A stretch of DNA of 64,000 bases from the human T2T-CHM13v2.0 reference genome, Homo sapiens (GCF_009914755.1 NC_060944.1), one strand, 5' to 3'; counted from the stretch's first letter, positions 23,201-37,849 are shown. The notes: generated by a model from the sequence alone, not told the origin. Translations and numbers: made by a program.

Positions 23201-24059
23201 AGGAAAGCACAGCGCAGTGCAGGGAGTGGGATCAGGGCCCGGCTCAGCCATGAACTGTGCAGCTGTAGGGCACACAGGGCCTTGGTTTCCCCATCTGCAT
23301 AACAAAGGGGTTGGCTTAGAAATGGTTTTCTTTTATTTCTTTTCCTCCCCTTTTATTTGGTGGAGACCTCTTGAGTGACATCTTCTGTCAAAGCCCCAAA
23401 GTGCGTACCAGATGAAATATGTTTAAAGGCCTGCTGTGCTTGGAGTGAGTGGGGATCTGGTTCTGCCTCCTGGGTACCCTTCAACCCACCCCTGGGGGTC
23501 CGGTACCCCCAGCTCTGCAGAGCCTTGGTGTCCACCAGCATTGTCTGCAGATGGCCAGCCTGAGGTTTCTGGGGGCCTGAGGTGACCCTTGGGTTTGTTT
23601 GCTTGACAATATCAAGCTTCTTGAAACACAGATATGACTCCCAACCTCCCTCCCTTCCTGGCCCCCACTGCTCTTGGGAAGGTGAAGCCCCGCTGGGTCC
23701 AGCTTCTGCTGATCTCTCAGCCCCTGCCCCCTTCATGCCACCTGTCCCTGAGCTTCAGCCGTGTGACTGCCTCTCAGACCTTGTGCTCTTTGTTCTTCTG
23801 CCCACCACAGGGCCTTTGCACGTGCATTTCCCTGAGCCTGAAATACCATGCTCACCCCTGCTTGCCCAGGCCCCTCATGAACCTACTGCTCACCTCACCT
23901 TTTCCTTCCCTCCCTGCCTAGGTCAGCCTTCCCCTCACTCTCCACCCACTGCCCCACAAACCCTGTTAAATGTTCTGATACCTCTCTTTTGTGGCTTTGA
24001 CTAGTTACAATGTTACAACTCCTAAAAAAAAATTTGGTTAATGTCTTTCTTCTCCACTA

Positions 24060-24280
24060 ACATAATCCAACATTCACATAGCACTTACCTTGTGCAGACC
24101 CTATTCTAAGCACTTTATATGTTTGTTCATTTTATCTTAAGAAAAAAACTTCTGAAATTGATACTAGTATCATCACCATTTAACAGATGAGAACACTAAG
24201 ACACAGAGATGTTAAGCAATTTGTCCAAGATCACACACTAGTGAAGGGAAGAGCTGAGGTTTAAGTCCAGTCTGTCTGTC
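24060..24280 (-). mobile_element. MIR
   Basis: CCATTTAACAGATGAGAACACTAAGACACAGAGATGTTAAGCAATTTGTCCAAGATCACACA. Confidence 0.85.
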
Positions 24281-24482
24281 CATCCACCCATTCACACACC
24301 CATCTATTTATCCATTCATCCACCCACCGATCCATCCATCAATCCATTATTCATCTATCCATCCATCCAATCATCTATCCATTCAACCACCCACCCACTC
24401 ACCCCCATTTATCCACCCATGCATCCACCCATGCATTCATCCATCCATCCACCCATCTATTCATCCATCCATCCATTTATCA
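24279..24482. repeat. Degenerate (CATC)n repeat
   Basis: CCAT/CCAC units read directly. Confidence 0.9.
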
Positions 24483-25469
24483 TCAGCTCCATGAGGACAG
24501 GAATTGTGATGTTCCTTTCACCACTCTAACTCCAAAGTCTAGCACATTTGTAAATATTTACAGGATTATAGGACAAACCCTGATCTGTGTTCTGCCATAA
24601 TTCTCCCCAGGAGAATCCTCTTGGAGTCACCAGGAGTGAAGGAGAGGGGGCCTTGGCTGTCTTTACCCTCTCGTGCTGGTCAAAGTGGCCTCCAGCTGAG
24701 CATCTTAGCAGCCCTAGAGCCAGCACATCCTCTCCATGTGCTGCATTGGGGAACCCCTTGCAGCAAGAGTTGACAAGAATGGGGTGAGGGTAGAGAGATG
24801 AGCAGAGAAAAGGAACTTAGTGTTGCAGCTCTGTGCACGTAAGGGCTGGTGCAGTTGGCAAAATATAAACAAGACAGAGGACAGGCTTAGGAAACGCATG
24901 GCCAAGGGCATCATACAGGGAAACTGGGTGAGGCTCCATGCTTCCAGGCCCACAGCCCCGGGCCTTATATCAGCAGAAGCCCCACCCTTGTTAAACCTGA
25001 GGGGCCTTGGAAAAGCCCACAGCCAGTCTGTCTAGGCACTTGCCGCAGAACCCACACCTGTCTGGGCTCCCCTGCTGGGTACAGTGATGTTAAACAGTGG
25101 CCTCTGATGAGCACAGTGTTCCTGTTGATGGCCCTGCCTCTGATATCTTTGAGGGGCTGGGACAGGGCTGGCTCCGAAGTAGAGACAAAGAGAAGAGCCT
25201 TCCCCCAACTCTGCATTCCTGAGCCCCAAAGCAGCAGGAAGAGTCTCCTCCATTTCCTCCCCAAGACAAAACCACAGCCCACGTGCACGGGAACGGAGAC
25301 ACCCAAGGAGGAGACTGTGCCCTGTGATGGAGAAGAGCTAGGTGTCCACATTGCATTCTGCACAGACAGTGATGGAGCCTGCTCCAAGGTACAGGCTCTT
25401 TCAATCCTCTCCTTAAAACCAGATCCATGGACCCTGCACCCATGGTTATCCATGTCAGAGTCGGGGCCA

Positions 25470-25720
25470 GCCCTTAAACGCATCTGGATGGAAGAGCCAT
25501 GACCAAGGAGCCAGGCGGATCTGGTCTCAGTCATGTTCCAAGCCCTGGGACCCTGGTCCAACTGCTGAAGCTCCCTGTGCCCCATTTTGTCCGTCTGTGA
25601 AACGGGGATGCTTTTGGCACCTAATTCATGTGGCTGTTGTGTGTACATGATGCTGCGGCCTACATGCCCGGCACAGCACCTGCCCCTAGCAAGTGTTCTG
25701 TAGACATTAGCCATGTTATT
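25470..25720 (+). mobile_element. MIR fragment
   Basis: CTCCCTGTGCCCCATTTTGTCCGTCTGTGAAACGGGGATG...TAGCCATGTTATT. Confidence 0.6.
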
Positions 25721-26539
25721 TTTAATGAGAATACTCTTGGCCTTAAACTGTAATTTTTATACCCGATTCCCCCTTAAGAGAGTCTCTTTCAGCCCCAGCT
25801 GAGACGGAAATGAGGAAATGAACCTGACATCCACTCTATACATCCCTTTGATGAGAGTCACCCTTCAGGAGGAGAGACCTCATTGAAATGTAATTTTTTT
25901 CCCATTAATCATCCGCCCAGACAGCTCTCAGTTCTCCAATTCTCTTAAGCAAATAACAACGAAAAAAGAAATCTTTTCTTCAACCTCTAAGTGCAGATTT
26001 CTATAATAAAAAGCATGGCATTGAAGCAGTTATCTCCTCTCATCTGGTTTTCCCTTTCATAACTCACAAAGGTTTCTCTCTCTCTCTCTCTCTCTCTCTC
26101 CCCCTGCAACCCCATCTCTCTCTCTCCCCTTGTCCTCGCCATCTTCCTTTCTTTGAGGCCAGATGCACGCATGGAAGAGATAGCATCATCGTAGGCCACG
26201 ACAGGTCTCCATGGAGTCCAACTTTGAAAAGCCAAGCAACCCTGGCTTGGCCCCAACCCATACAATTTCCCCGGGTGCTTACTCCATGAACTCCTGATTC
26301 CTCAGCCTCTTAAAGTGGGGATAATAACACTAACAGCTCAGGCTTTCTGATGGTTGGGGACTGCCATTGTTGAATGCATAGATTCAACAAATATTGACTG
26401 GATGTCTACTGGGTGCTAGGACCAAGGGATCTAGCCATGGGCAAGATGCAGTGGGAGGCTTCTTGGCACTTTCTTTCTAGGACCAGTCCTGGAGGAGGCA
26501 TTCTTGAAATGGAAATTGCAGAGTAGGGATCCCCAAGAC

Positions 26540-27120
26540 ATCTGTGACTGATTAAAAATTTGGGGTCCCCAACCCTATCCTCAGGCTTAATAATTTGCTT
26601 AAAGGACTCACAGAACTCACTGAAAGCCACTGTACTCCATCACAGCTTGTTACACAACATAATACAGATTAAAATTGGTCATTGGAAGAGACACATGGAG
26701 CAGAGCCCAGGGAAGTTCCAAGCATAAAAATTCTAGTTGTCCTCTCCTAAGTCCCAGACAGCACTCACTTTTCCTGGCAATGATGTATGACCACACATAT
26801 GGAGATATGCCAGCCAGAGAAGCTCATGTGAGCCTCCATACCCAGAGTTTTTATTGGGGTTCAGGCACATAGACATGGATGACGCCTATGTGACTGGCCT
26901 TTGGCCTCCAGTCCCTCCAGAAGTCAAGTTGGTACTGGGTGACCCAAGACCCCCACCATAAATCATACTGTAGACATAGACTATCTTGTGTGACCTAAGA
27001 TCCCCCAGGTAAACAAAGACACTTTCATCAGACAGGACATTCCAAGGGCTTAGAGGCCACCTCCCAGGAGCCAGGGACAAAGGCCAAACCCTCTCTGGAC
27101 AGTGTTAATTTTTCACTGCC
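26540..27120 (-). mobile_element. MER77/MER68-type ERVL LTR
   Basis: AGGACTCACAGAACTCACTGAAAGC...CCCAGAGTTTTTATTGGGG...CCCCCAGGTAAACAAAGACAC...CAGGACATTCCAAGGGCTTAGAG. Confidence 0.75.
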
Positions 27121-27699
27121 TGTAAGTTTAGCTGCAAAATCACTCAAGATGTGAACTTCACTCTGATCTGTGTCTTCCTCTTCCAGCCAATATAGCGCTA
27201 CTGACACAGGCATGCAAAGATCACACACAAAGAAAAGCGAAGGAAAACCATGCAAATGCTCAGCAAATAGGGACATTTAAACAGAGCAAGGTGCATCCAT
27301 GCTGAGGGATACAGAGCAACGGACAAAATGATGAGGCACCGCTGTATGGTAGCTCTGTATCATAGAAAGAAATGCTGTTGGTGAAAAAGTCCATTGCAGA
27401 ACAGTGGCTATTGAGTAACCACTTGGCCCTGGGCAATTTATTTAACCCCTTGAGCCTCTTCAATTTCCTTATCTCTAAAATGGGGCAATGCTTTGATCTC
27501 CTACCCAGGTCTGCGGTGAGGAGTAAATGGAGCCACGTCTAAGAAGCAGCTGGCACACTTGGGGCTGAGCCTGGACCAGCTCTTAGTACCATGACTTCAC
27601 TCTCAAGTCATTGGGGTGAGGCTGCAGGGCACAGGGAGACTCTTCTGAGGGGCTCTTCTTGGAGACATTTGTTACCAGGCAGCAGCCTTGACCACTCAG

Positions 27700-28350
27700 A
27701 CATTCATTATTCATTTGATAGACTGATCAATTTGTTCATTTCTCCATAATAAAGCCCTGTACTAGGTGTTGGCTTTTGAGGAGTAATGAAGCCACACAAA
27801 GTCTTTACCTTCAAGGAGTAGCCAGTCCAGGGTGGAAGACAGACTGCAAACTTAGCCAAGAAGTGGGGTGCACCAGCCCAAACTCACATAGCTAGTCCCG
27901 AATGCCCTGCTCACAAATGAGACAGATGCAAAGTAGACGTTCCACCAATGCTGTGTTGAAGCGAGGTGGGCTGAGCGGATGGGGCAGGGGCCACCATTGT
28001 GTCTCTGGCCAAAAGGGCTGCATGTGAAGTGGCCTAGACGTCTGGTCATGAGAGAGATCAAAACTTCAAGGACGGGAGAAGAGTCAGGGTGGTTGGAGCA
28101 GAAAGTCCACGAGAAAGCGAGTGGAAAGAGGTGGTCGACAGGGGCCCAAGGGACGGGGCTTTGAGGGCCAAAGTGAGGAGGGGGACTTTACCCCAAAGGT
28201 GATGGAGAGCCTGTGAAGGGTTTTAATCCAGGGGTAGCACGTTGGATCCATGTCTGCAAAAGATGCTCTTGCTCACGGGGCAAGGAAAGACAATGGGTGA
28301 GAGAGGAAGCAGGAATCTTGGTTAGAAAGCACCTGCCATCATCCAGGCCC
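27700..28350 (-). mobile_element. L2 fragment(s)
   Basis: CATTCATT..., CTGTACTAGGTGTTGG, AAGGGTTTTAATCCAGGGG are L2-like segments. Confidence 0.55.
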
Positions 28351-28433
28351 AAGAGGCAATTTGGGCCCTGCCACAGTCTCCTTCCCAGGAACCTTCGCTT
28401 CCTCCAGCTGTCTTGAGAGTTGACTGCTAGTGT

Positions 28434-28628
28434 AGAGTGTGCTGGAGCCAGCTCCTCCTGGCCTGAGAGAACTCATTGTTAAATATTCAGGAAATATGTA
28501 AGCCCATTGTTAAACCATTGGTAGCTTTGCAATTAGCATAGAGAATGTATTGACACCACAGACATTGGCAAAAGCTATAAATCAGCACTCTTCCTCCTGC
28601 GACCCCTGAGAGCTGGTTTACCAAGCAT
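28434..28628 (+). mobile_element. MER63A-like (hAT-Blackjack) MITE
   Basis: GTGTGCTGGAGCCAGCTC...ATTGTTAAATATTCAGGAA...TGTTAAACCATTGGTAGCTT...AGCTGGTTTACCAAGCA. Confidence 0.75.
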
Positions 28629-28919
28629 GGATGCTTCTAAACACTCACTGCTGTCGCCTTCTCTGGAAAAGTGTCCGTGACTGAGAAGGTCCTCCTTGCC
28701 CACCCCACAGGCATTGTACTGACTGGCATGGGGTTTGAATGCTTTGCCTCGCAGCTAACATGGTTTCAACTCTGTGGCGTCATTCCTGTTCCAGGGCTCC
28801 CCATGGGACTGTGCTAGACTCCAGCTAAGACCAATCCTTGCCCAGCCCCTTTCTGCCCTCACTGCCTTTCCAGCTTCTCCTTAGAGCCCTCCTTCAATAC
28901 ATGCCTTGGATGAGGATCT

Positions 28920-29305
28920 CACAACATTTGGCCAAATGTGGTGCCCAGACCACTTGTATCGTGGTCCTGGAATCCCACCCTGGACCTACTGAGTCAGAGC
29001 CTTTGGATTTGGGGCCCTAGCACCCGCCTTTGTAACAAAGGCTCTTTGAAACTAGTGTTTGAGGGAGCTTGGCTCAAGTTAGAGAAACAGAACGAAGACC
29101 TGCAGGGACCGAGCAGCCTTGAATGGGGGACCCGAAAGAGGAACCCCACCCTATGAATGGACCCCAGGAGAGACATTAAGGAGTTGGATTTTATTGATGT
29201 AAAGTAGCAAATATTCCTGTGTCCCCAGGAAGGGTGAGGTTCTATGCCAGGTTGGGATGAGATTACCGAAATGTTTGAGAAAGAAAGAGCTCTTCCCGCT
29301 GAGAA
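28920..29305 (+). repeat. Local direct duplication, copy 1
   Basis: Aligns to 30584-31140, sharing CATTTGGCCAA, TACTGAGTCAG, ACTAGTGTTTGAGGG, ATGGACCCCAGGAGAGAC, TTAAGGAGTTGGATTTTATTGA, CCCAGGAAGGGTGAGGTTCT and AGAAAGAGCTCTTCCC. Confidence 0.95.
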
Positions 29306-30017
29306 CACCGCTCTTAAAACTCCACCTCCCCATGGCTTCACATCAGCAAAGCCCAGAGATCGCGCCAACCACACATGGAGACCAATAGGACCAAGAAGGC
29401 AGATCTGCCGGGATTAGGGAAGAACTTGAACCTGTGGCTGCAAAGTTGGCGCTTGGCAGACACTCAGGATGCTCTGCTTCTCTCCAAGATCTGGGCCTTC
29501 TTTTTGATGACAAAAGTTGCCTTAGCCCCAGCTCCTAAGCACTTAGAAACAAAATAAAATTAAGTTTTGAATAACAAGTCTTGAGTTGTTGGGGTGAGGT
29601 CACTGTTGAACCACTGTGTCAGGCCCAAAGAATGTTTCCATTGCCCGCCGCCTCTCGGGTGACCCCCTCAAAGGAGGCCCGCCTGCTACAGCAGGTCACA
29701 AATAGAGGGCAATTAATTTTTACAACCCTCTGCTCTCAGCGGCCACCACATGCTGGGGTGAGGTCACTCTTGCCACTTTATTTTTATCTCTTTTAAAGAT
29801 GTTGGTGTCTTGAGACTCACACTTCCCCAGCGAGCTCAGATCCCCTGGTTCACAAGTGGCAGCTCTGCAGAGCTCCATGGTGGGTGACTGTGGGTGACTG
29901 TGGGTGACAGCAAAGACCACCACCCAATATTACGCAATATTACGTGAGCTCAGACGAGTTCCTTCCCCTCTCAAGGCCTTGGTTTTCTCAACCCCAAATG
30001 CTAAGCATCGACTAGAC

Positions 30018-30483
30018 TAGCAGTTCCCAAATTTCAGTAATTTCTGAACCACCACCATCATTTTGGCCTGACCTACCACCTGCACTATAATTCAAGTCAC
30101 TATTTTTCTTTTCCTGTAAATCACCTCACATTTCTAATTAGACATTTAACTAAAAGGAAACTTGAGATCATTATCATAAATGGAAGTCGACATTCCTTGC
30201 CATTAATAAAAGGTAACTACAGAGATAAATACCTTGACCACAAACGAGCATTGCTAAATTCCAGCCAGATACTGCTGCCTGCTGATGGCTTCAAGCCTGA
30301 GGCCTCTCTCTCTTTGTTCAAAAGGGAGCTTAGAAGTGTCAGGAGGTGCTAAAGACTCTTAGTGCCAGATGAAGAATTTTCCTTTGATCTAACCACAGGG
30401 GAATAATTTTCACACTGTATAAATCGATGCCCTAAAATCTCAAATCACCTTCCCCTCAACCAGCAGTTTGGTTGAAGAAGCTG
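30018..30483. mobile_element. Probable hAT-Charlie DNA transposon remnant
   Basis: Charlie-like terminus AGCAGTTCCCAAA followed by AT-rich internal sequence. Family uncertain. Confidence 0.45.
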
Positions 30484-30583
30484 GAAACTTGGGAAGACAC
30501 TGGTTTAAACCTTTCCTACAAATCTTTACTTTTGAGTGATGATATAAAGCTCTAGATTGCTTCTGGAGCTTTCTTGCAAGCTA

Positions 30584-31140
30584 CACAGCATTTGGCCAAG
30601 TGTGGTGCCAGGACCACCTATATTACAGTCCTGGGACCCCAACCTGGATCTACTGAGTCAGGGTCTTTGAATTTGAGGCCCGAGCACCCACCTTTGTAGC
30701 AAGGGATCTTTGAGACTAGTGTTTGAGGGGGCTTCACCCAAGTTAGAGGAACAAAATGTGGCACTTGTCAGAAGGCCTGCGGGAAGAGACCAGCCTTGAA
30801 TGAGGGCCCCGAGAGTGAAGCAAGAATCCACTCTGGTTAGTGCTGGTGGTGTTGGCCGCTATGCACTTGTGAAAATAAATGACTCTCTTCTGGATAAGGT
30901 AGAGATGCCTGGTGGACTTATTCCGAGCCAGAGAAGACCCAGCAAATTCCTCTGACTCTGTCTCAGAATGGTGTGGAATGAACTCCACCCCATGGACCCC
31001 AGGAGAGACCTTAAGGAGTTGGATTTTATTGACATCAAGTAGCAAACATTCCTGTGTTCCCAGGAAGGGTGAGGTTCTGTGCCAGGTTAGGATACGATTA
31101 TTGAAACTCTTGAGAGAGAAAGAGCTCTTCCCTCTGAGAA
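30584..31140 (+). repeat. Local direct duplication, copy 2 (has ~150 bp absent from copy 1)
   Basis: Same shared blocks as copy 1, with an extra segment at ~30825-30980. Confidence 0.95.
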
Positions 31141-31655
31141 GCATCAACCTAGAGCTGTGAGCGGGGCTGGGGTGCCGCGCTGGCCCTGTCTCTGCTCTTG
31201 CGCCACGGTGAAAACATCTTTCACTGGGAGTTGTCAGCTCTGCCCTCTCTGCCAACAGAAACTTGGAAGCAGCCGTGCCTTTCTGCCTCCCGCTTGCCTT
31301 CCCAGCAGGTCTGATCAATGTCCGTTTTAAACCAGGACATTTCGTCTCACTGTGGAGCCTGTGAACACAGGGCACTGTGGAGCCCAGCTTCTCCATGTTC
31401 ATTGTCGTGCAGGGACTGCCATTTGGAGAGAAAAGTCAGGTTGGGAGGCTCTGCTGCAGGCCGCCTCTTTGAAAATCAGATGAATTCCAAGCAAGGGCAA
31501 AGATGATCGTGTATCCTGAGAGGTTCCAAGTCTCTGTGCCTCGCCTCCTCATGTGAGGCAAGGTAGCCATTGTCCCTTCCTCATAAGGTGGCTAGGAGGA
31601 GGGGATAAAGTCAAGTCTACGAAGCACTGAGCACACACACACAAAATAATAGAAG

Positions 31656-32068
31656 CTGTTCTGGGCAAGATAGTGTCCCTCCCAAAATTCATGCCTCCCC
31701 AGAACCTCAGAATGTGGGCTTATGTAGAAATGCAAATGTAATTAGGTCAGCTGATATCATAATGGATCAGGGTGGGTCCTAAATTCAGTGACTGGCACCT
31801 TTATGAGAGGAAAGGGCTGCAGAGCTATGAAAACACACAGGAGAGGAGCCACTTGGCAGTGAGTCAGACTGGAGTTTCGCTGCCATAAGCCAAGGAGCGT
31901 GGAGGATTCCTGAGTTGCGTGGAATGGATTTTCTCTTACAGCCCCCAGAAGGAGCCAGCCCTGCCAACACCTTGATGTTGGACTTCTGGCTTCCAGAATT
32001 GTGAGAGAACAAATTTCTGTTGCGTTCACTGTGGTTCTCTGTAACAGCAGCCCTAGGATAGTAATGCA
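31656..32068 (+). mobile_element. MLT1B/C MaLR solo LTR
   Basis: CCCAAAATTCATG...AGAACCTCAGAATGTG...GCCCTGCCAACACCTTGATGTTGGACTTCTGGCTTCCAGAATTGTGAGAGAACAAATTTCTGTTG. Confidence 0.88.
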
Positions 32069-32305
32069 GAAGCTAATTTACTGAGCATGAAGTAGGCACC
32101 AAGCATTTTGTTAAACACATTACAGACGTTATCTCCAATCCACCCACCTGAGGAAGTTGATGCTATCATCACTTCTGTTTTACAAATGGAGAAACCGAGG
32201 CCCTGGTGCTCAGCTGCCCAAGTGCACCCAGGTAAGTGGCAGACCTGGAATTTTTAAACCCTTGTCTCTCTGTTTCCAAAACCTTGTTTGTTCTAGTATC
32301 ACTCA

Positions 32306-32798
<493 letters not shown>

Positions 32799-33915
32799 AA
32801 GAAAAGTGGAGTGACTGCATTCTGTGATTCTGTAAATTCAGAGGATTTGGGAATTTTACGCTCTTTACTGAGCTAGTAAATAAACAGTATATTGAAGGCC
32901 TGCCGTGTGCCAGGCACGAGGGACACAGCAGCAAATAAAACAGTCATGGCTCTGGCTTCGTGGAGTTCCCAGTCCAGCAGTGGGACATTGACACTGAGGA
33001 GGTGAACCCTGAGAGAAAGCAGGTGGTTCCTGTGCCGGTCGTTGTGCTGAGTGCTGGGAAGGACCTCACAGGGAAAAGCAGCACAGAGGAGCTGAGGACG
33101 CCGTGTGACAGAAACGGTGTCATTGTGATGCCTGGGATTCTCTCCAAGGGCCCGTGCTGCATCCAGGACTGTGGGGGCCTGGAGAGCAGACTGTCTTGAG
33201 AAGATTCTATAAAAGTCTAAGAGTTCATCCATTTGATTAGCTGTATTGTTTACTCTTTAGAAAAAAAATAAAAGGAGGTCTGGGTTTCTTCCCTTGGCCT
33301 CTAAGACACCTGACCTTGCACCCAGGGACTTCCAGGTTGGGCTCTTGGCAACAAAAGCGGGGGCCCCACAGCGACGGCTCCTCCAGGGAAGAGGTTGTGC
33401 TGCTCAGCCTGGGCCTCCCACACTCCCCTGGGAACAGGTAGCAGGTGCAGACAGCCAGCCCGGAGCCTGGGAATCTTGTCCAGGACCACAGCCAGGAGCC
33501 TGGTTTCCAGAGCGTCCCCGCTTCCTGGGGTGAGCACCCTCCTCCCTGCTGATCTCCAAAGCTGACCCCTGAGGAAGTTCTCAAAGACGCAGCCCCTGAA
33601 TCGGAAGGTCTGGTAGACGAGGTGCTGTGATGTCTGCGCAGGGTCTTAACTTCGGTTCTCTAAAGGAGAGAAGAAAGGAAGGGAAGAAAACAGCCGGAAA
33701 AAGAAACAAGAAAGAAAACAGCTATTTATCTTGATTTTTATTTGATTATAAAAATAACCCAAGTTTGCTCTAAAAAATTCAAGCATAAGACAATCAGTTG
33801 GTCTTTAGCCTTTGGTGAGTATAAGAACCTAGTGGGGAGATGATTTAAAATGCAGATTCTGCGGGTCCTGTCTTGGGGTGATTCCAGGGTAAGCGGCTTA
33901 TGGGGTGCACGCTTA

Positions 33916-34216
<301 letters not shown>

Positions 34217-34274
<58 letters not shown>

Positions 34275-34350
34275 CATATATATACATATATATACATCTA
34301 TATATACATATATATACATATATATACACATATATATATACATATATATG

Positions 34351-34388
<38 letters not shown>

Positions 34389-34402
34389 TACATATATACG
34401 TA
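34217..34402. repeat. Compound (TA)n-(TG)18-(TA/CA)n-(CA)12 microsatellite
   Basis: Read directly: TG run at 34225-34260 and CA run at 34365-34388. Confidence 0.97.
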
Positions 34403-35257
34403 TGGTCAGAAGTTTGAGGCTGGTCTCGAACTTCTGACCTCAGGCAATCCACCTGCCTGTATAATCCACACATGTATATATACGTCTATATTTATGTATA
34501 TATATGTGCCGTTCCTTTCCAATTAGAAGCATTGAGCAGGGAGAGAAATTTCCACCAAGAAAAGACTGGAAGGATGGTGGACCCCCGGGAGAGACTGCAG
34601 GAGCCTGTGCCTGACGTCCTGCCTTTCTGCAAGGATCCTCTTTTAGCTCAGAAATTCTGCTTTGGGACAGGACCCAGAGTGGAGTCAGATCCAGGTCAAG
34701 TCACTCAGAGGTTGTTGATGTGTTAGACGTGAGGTGCTGTGAGAAGCGTGGCTGGACAGCATTTAAAACAAACCAGCATGTCGGAACTCACCAAAGATCA
34801 GGATGCTGCCCAGAGCTGTTGATAAGAACCTAGCCGGAAGGGGAGTCCTAGGAAGATGCCGGCATCAACCATAGAGCAAAGATCTGCAGGCTGGAGATTT
34901 TAAGAAGTTTCTAAAACTTTTATTGTTGTTACAATAAAAGTTACATAAAACTGGCCAATTAATGTTAGTGTCACCAGAGCTAGGAATTTCTCCTTAGAAG
35001 CTCAGAGCTTGTTTCTGGTGGCATAAGTGAAAATCTGTCACATTGTCAGCTCTGAATGTTCATCCTTCAAGAATGTGGCTGTTCCCCACTCTAAATACAC
35101 CGTAATCATTCTGTTTGGTCCTTAAATGAGCAAATCATTTTCATGGGTTTCTTAGGCCAAGAAATGATTGATCCTATATCATGAGATCAGAAAGGCCCAG
35201 GCATGTTTTTGGAAAGTTCAGAATACTCTGCCTACACATGTCAGCTGGGAGGGCTTA

Positions 35258-35902
<645 letters not shown>

Positions 35903-36759
35903 AAGCCTTCCCCAAATCTACAAACATGACATCTTTGAGATTTGCACAAACCTTCCATCTACAGTGAGGAAGTTTCACCTCATTGTCTGGAAGCCCCAAC
36001 CACTAAAAATTGGGGTCCGAGGTTCTCAGTTTCTTGTCACCCCTTCACTGCTCCCCCACCCTTACTAGCCTATTACTGCTCCCACTAACACTGCCCTCCA
36101 AGTACTAGGCCCACAGCCACAGCGGCCCGGCGCCGTCCCCACTGCCGCTCTCGAGAACCAGCCATCAACAGCTCCACACAAGCTCTCTTTTCTGTTTTAC
36201 CAACAGAACTGGGACTGGACGGGTTTAACCCCAGGGCTCTGGCAGTTTCCATTTCTCTGTGTTAAAAAAGCTTTTAGCCTAAACTTAAGCCAAGTATGCC
36301 TCCAGGAAATACTTGCTTCTTCCCTGTCCCCCAGGGAACCAGGCCTGGGGCCAGACGAAAGAAGCAAAGAAAAGGGAATTTATGCACTGAAAAAACTGGG
36401 GCAAGAAGGACTGCCAGCTGTTCCGGCCACAGCCTGTCCCATCTTTGGGGATGGTGCTGGTCCGGTCACTGTGTAGGAGTGCTAGACTGTCTTGTGCATG
36501 GAGAATTGGGAAGAACGTGGACCTGGAGTCAGAGGCCTGGGTGCTGGCTCTGTCTGAACTGGACTGAGAAGGATAAAGGGACACTCGCTGGAAGGATTTG
36601 CTGATACAGTCCACACAGAGGCTCTGCCTGTGTGCACACAGATCAGAATACGCACTTAATGAGTGGTTATGCCCACGAAGAAGAAAGGGGAGAAGGAGGA
36701 GACAGAGGAGGAGGTGGGGATGGAAATGGTAACAACTCTCTCAGCCAACCCTCAGATGA

Positions 36760-37260
36760 GTCAAGCTGGCTACTGAGGTCACAGGAGCCCAACCCAAAGT
36801 AGCTGAGAAGCAAAAGGGAGTTTACTGGTTCATTTTAAGGCATTTTTCAGAAGTAGGTCTGGCTGCAGGCACAGCTGGATCCAGGAACTCAGGCTCTGTC
36901 TTCTGGGGTCTTTCTCCTTCTCGCCTCTACCTACTTGTACTCAGCTTCTGGCTCTCCTCCATCAAAAAGGCTCCTGTCCTTCGGCCCCATGGCGGAGACA
37001 GCAGCCCCTGCTATTCTAGGTTTGTGTCCTCCCAGTGGTAGGAACAACACAAAAAGCTTCTTCCTGTCTGTCTCCAAGCACAGCAATTTCAGGGAATACT
37101 GTTTCTGGCCCAACCTCTTGACAAGAGGGATGGGGCCATAATGGCTTAGGTCAGGTCACCTGCCATCCCAGGGGGTACAGGGACCGGGCTCTGTGATGAC
37201 AGTCCCAGAAGAATCATCCTTGTTCTCCAAAGGAAAGGGACGTGGTCCTACATCATGCAA
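36760..37260 (-). mobile_element. MLT1J/K-type LTR remnant
   Basis: AAAAGGGAGTTTACTGGTTCA...GGCTGCAGGCACAGCTGGATCCAGGAACTC. Confidence 0.55.
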
Positions 37261-37849
37261 AGGAAGGGGCAGACCCTTCCTTTCCTTTCTCTTCCTTCCA
37301 CTGCCCCACCCTTGACACCCCACTTCCCAGAGACCATTAAGACCATCAGGTGACCAACTGCCAGGTGGGAAAGGACCTGAATGACTTACCAGCCATTTGT
37401 ACCTTCAAGTGAATTCATTTCAGGGGGTTGCTCTCATCCCTCTCAGTTAAATGGTGTTCAGATAGTGGAATGAGGGAATGGAGGAGATACTGGAATGTGG
37501 CTGAATATTTCATCGAGAAGGGAGGCCAGCTTTGTGTTTTGTTTTCTACACCGTCCCAGTGAGCCTGCTCCAGACCAGGAATGCTCACAAGCACCTCCAC
37601 CGTTCATCCTGAATGGCTCTGGAGGTCAAGGCTGGGAAAACCGTGGGAAGGTGGTTTGGGGGTCTCCCTTGGTCTACCCCAAGGTTTTCCCGGGGGCAGC
37701 CCAACCCAAGCCTCCTGTGAAGCGGAAGCCACTTCCAGCACAACACTTGGAGCGCTTGGAGCACCTTGTGGCCGACATCGAATGTCATTCCTGCCCTACA
37801 TCTTCGCTGCATTCATCAACCTACATTTTCACTGCATTCATCAATGCCT

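Noticed and set aside
36115-36160. Small CpG cluster
   Set aside because: It is under 60 bp, far short of a CpG island, and has no promoter context.
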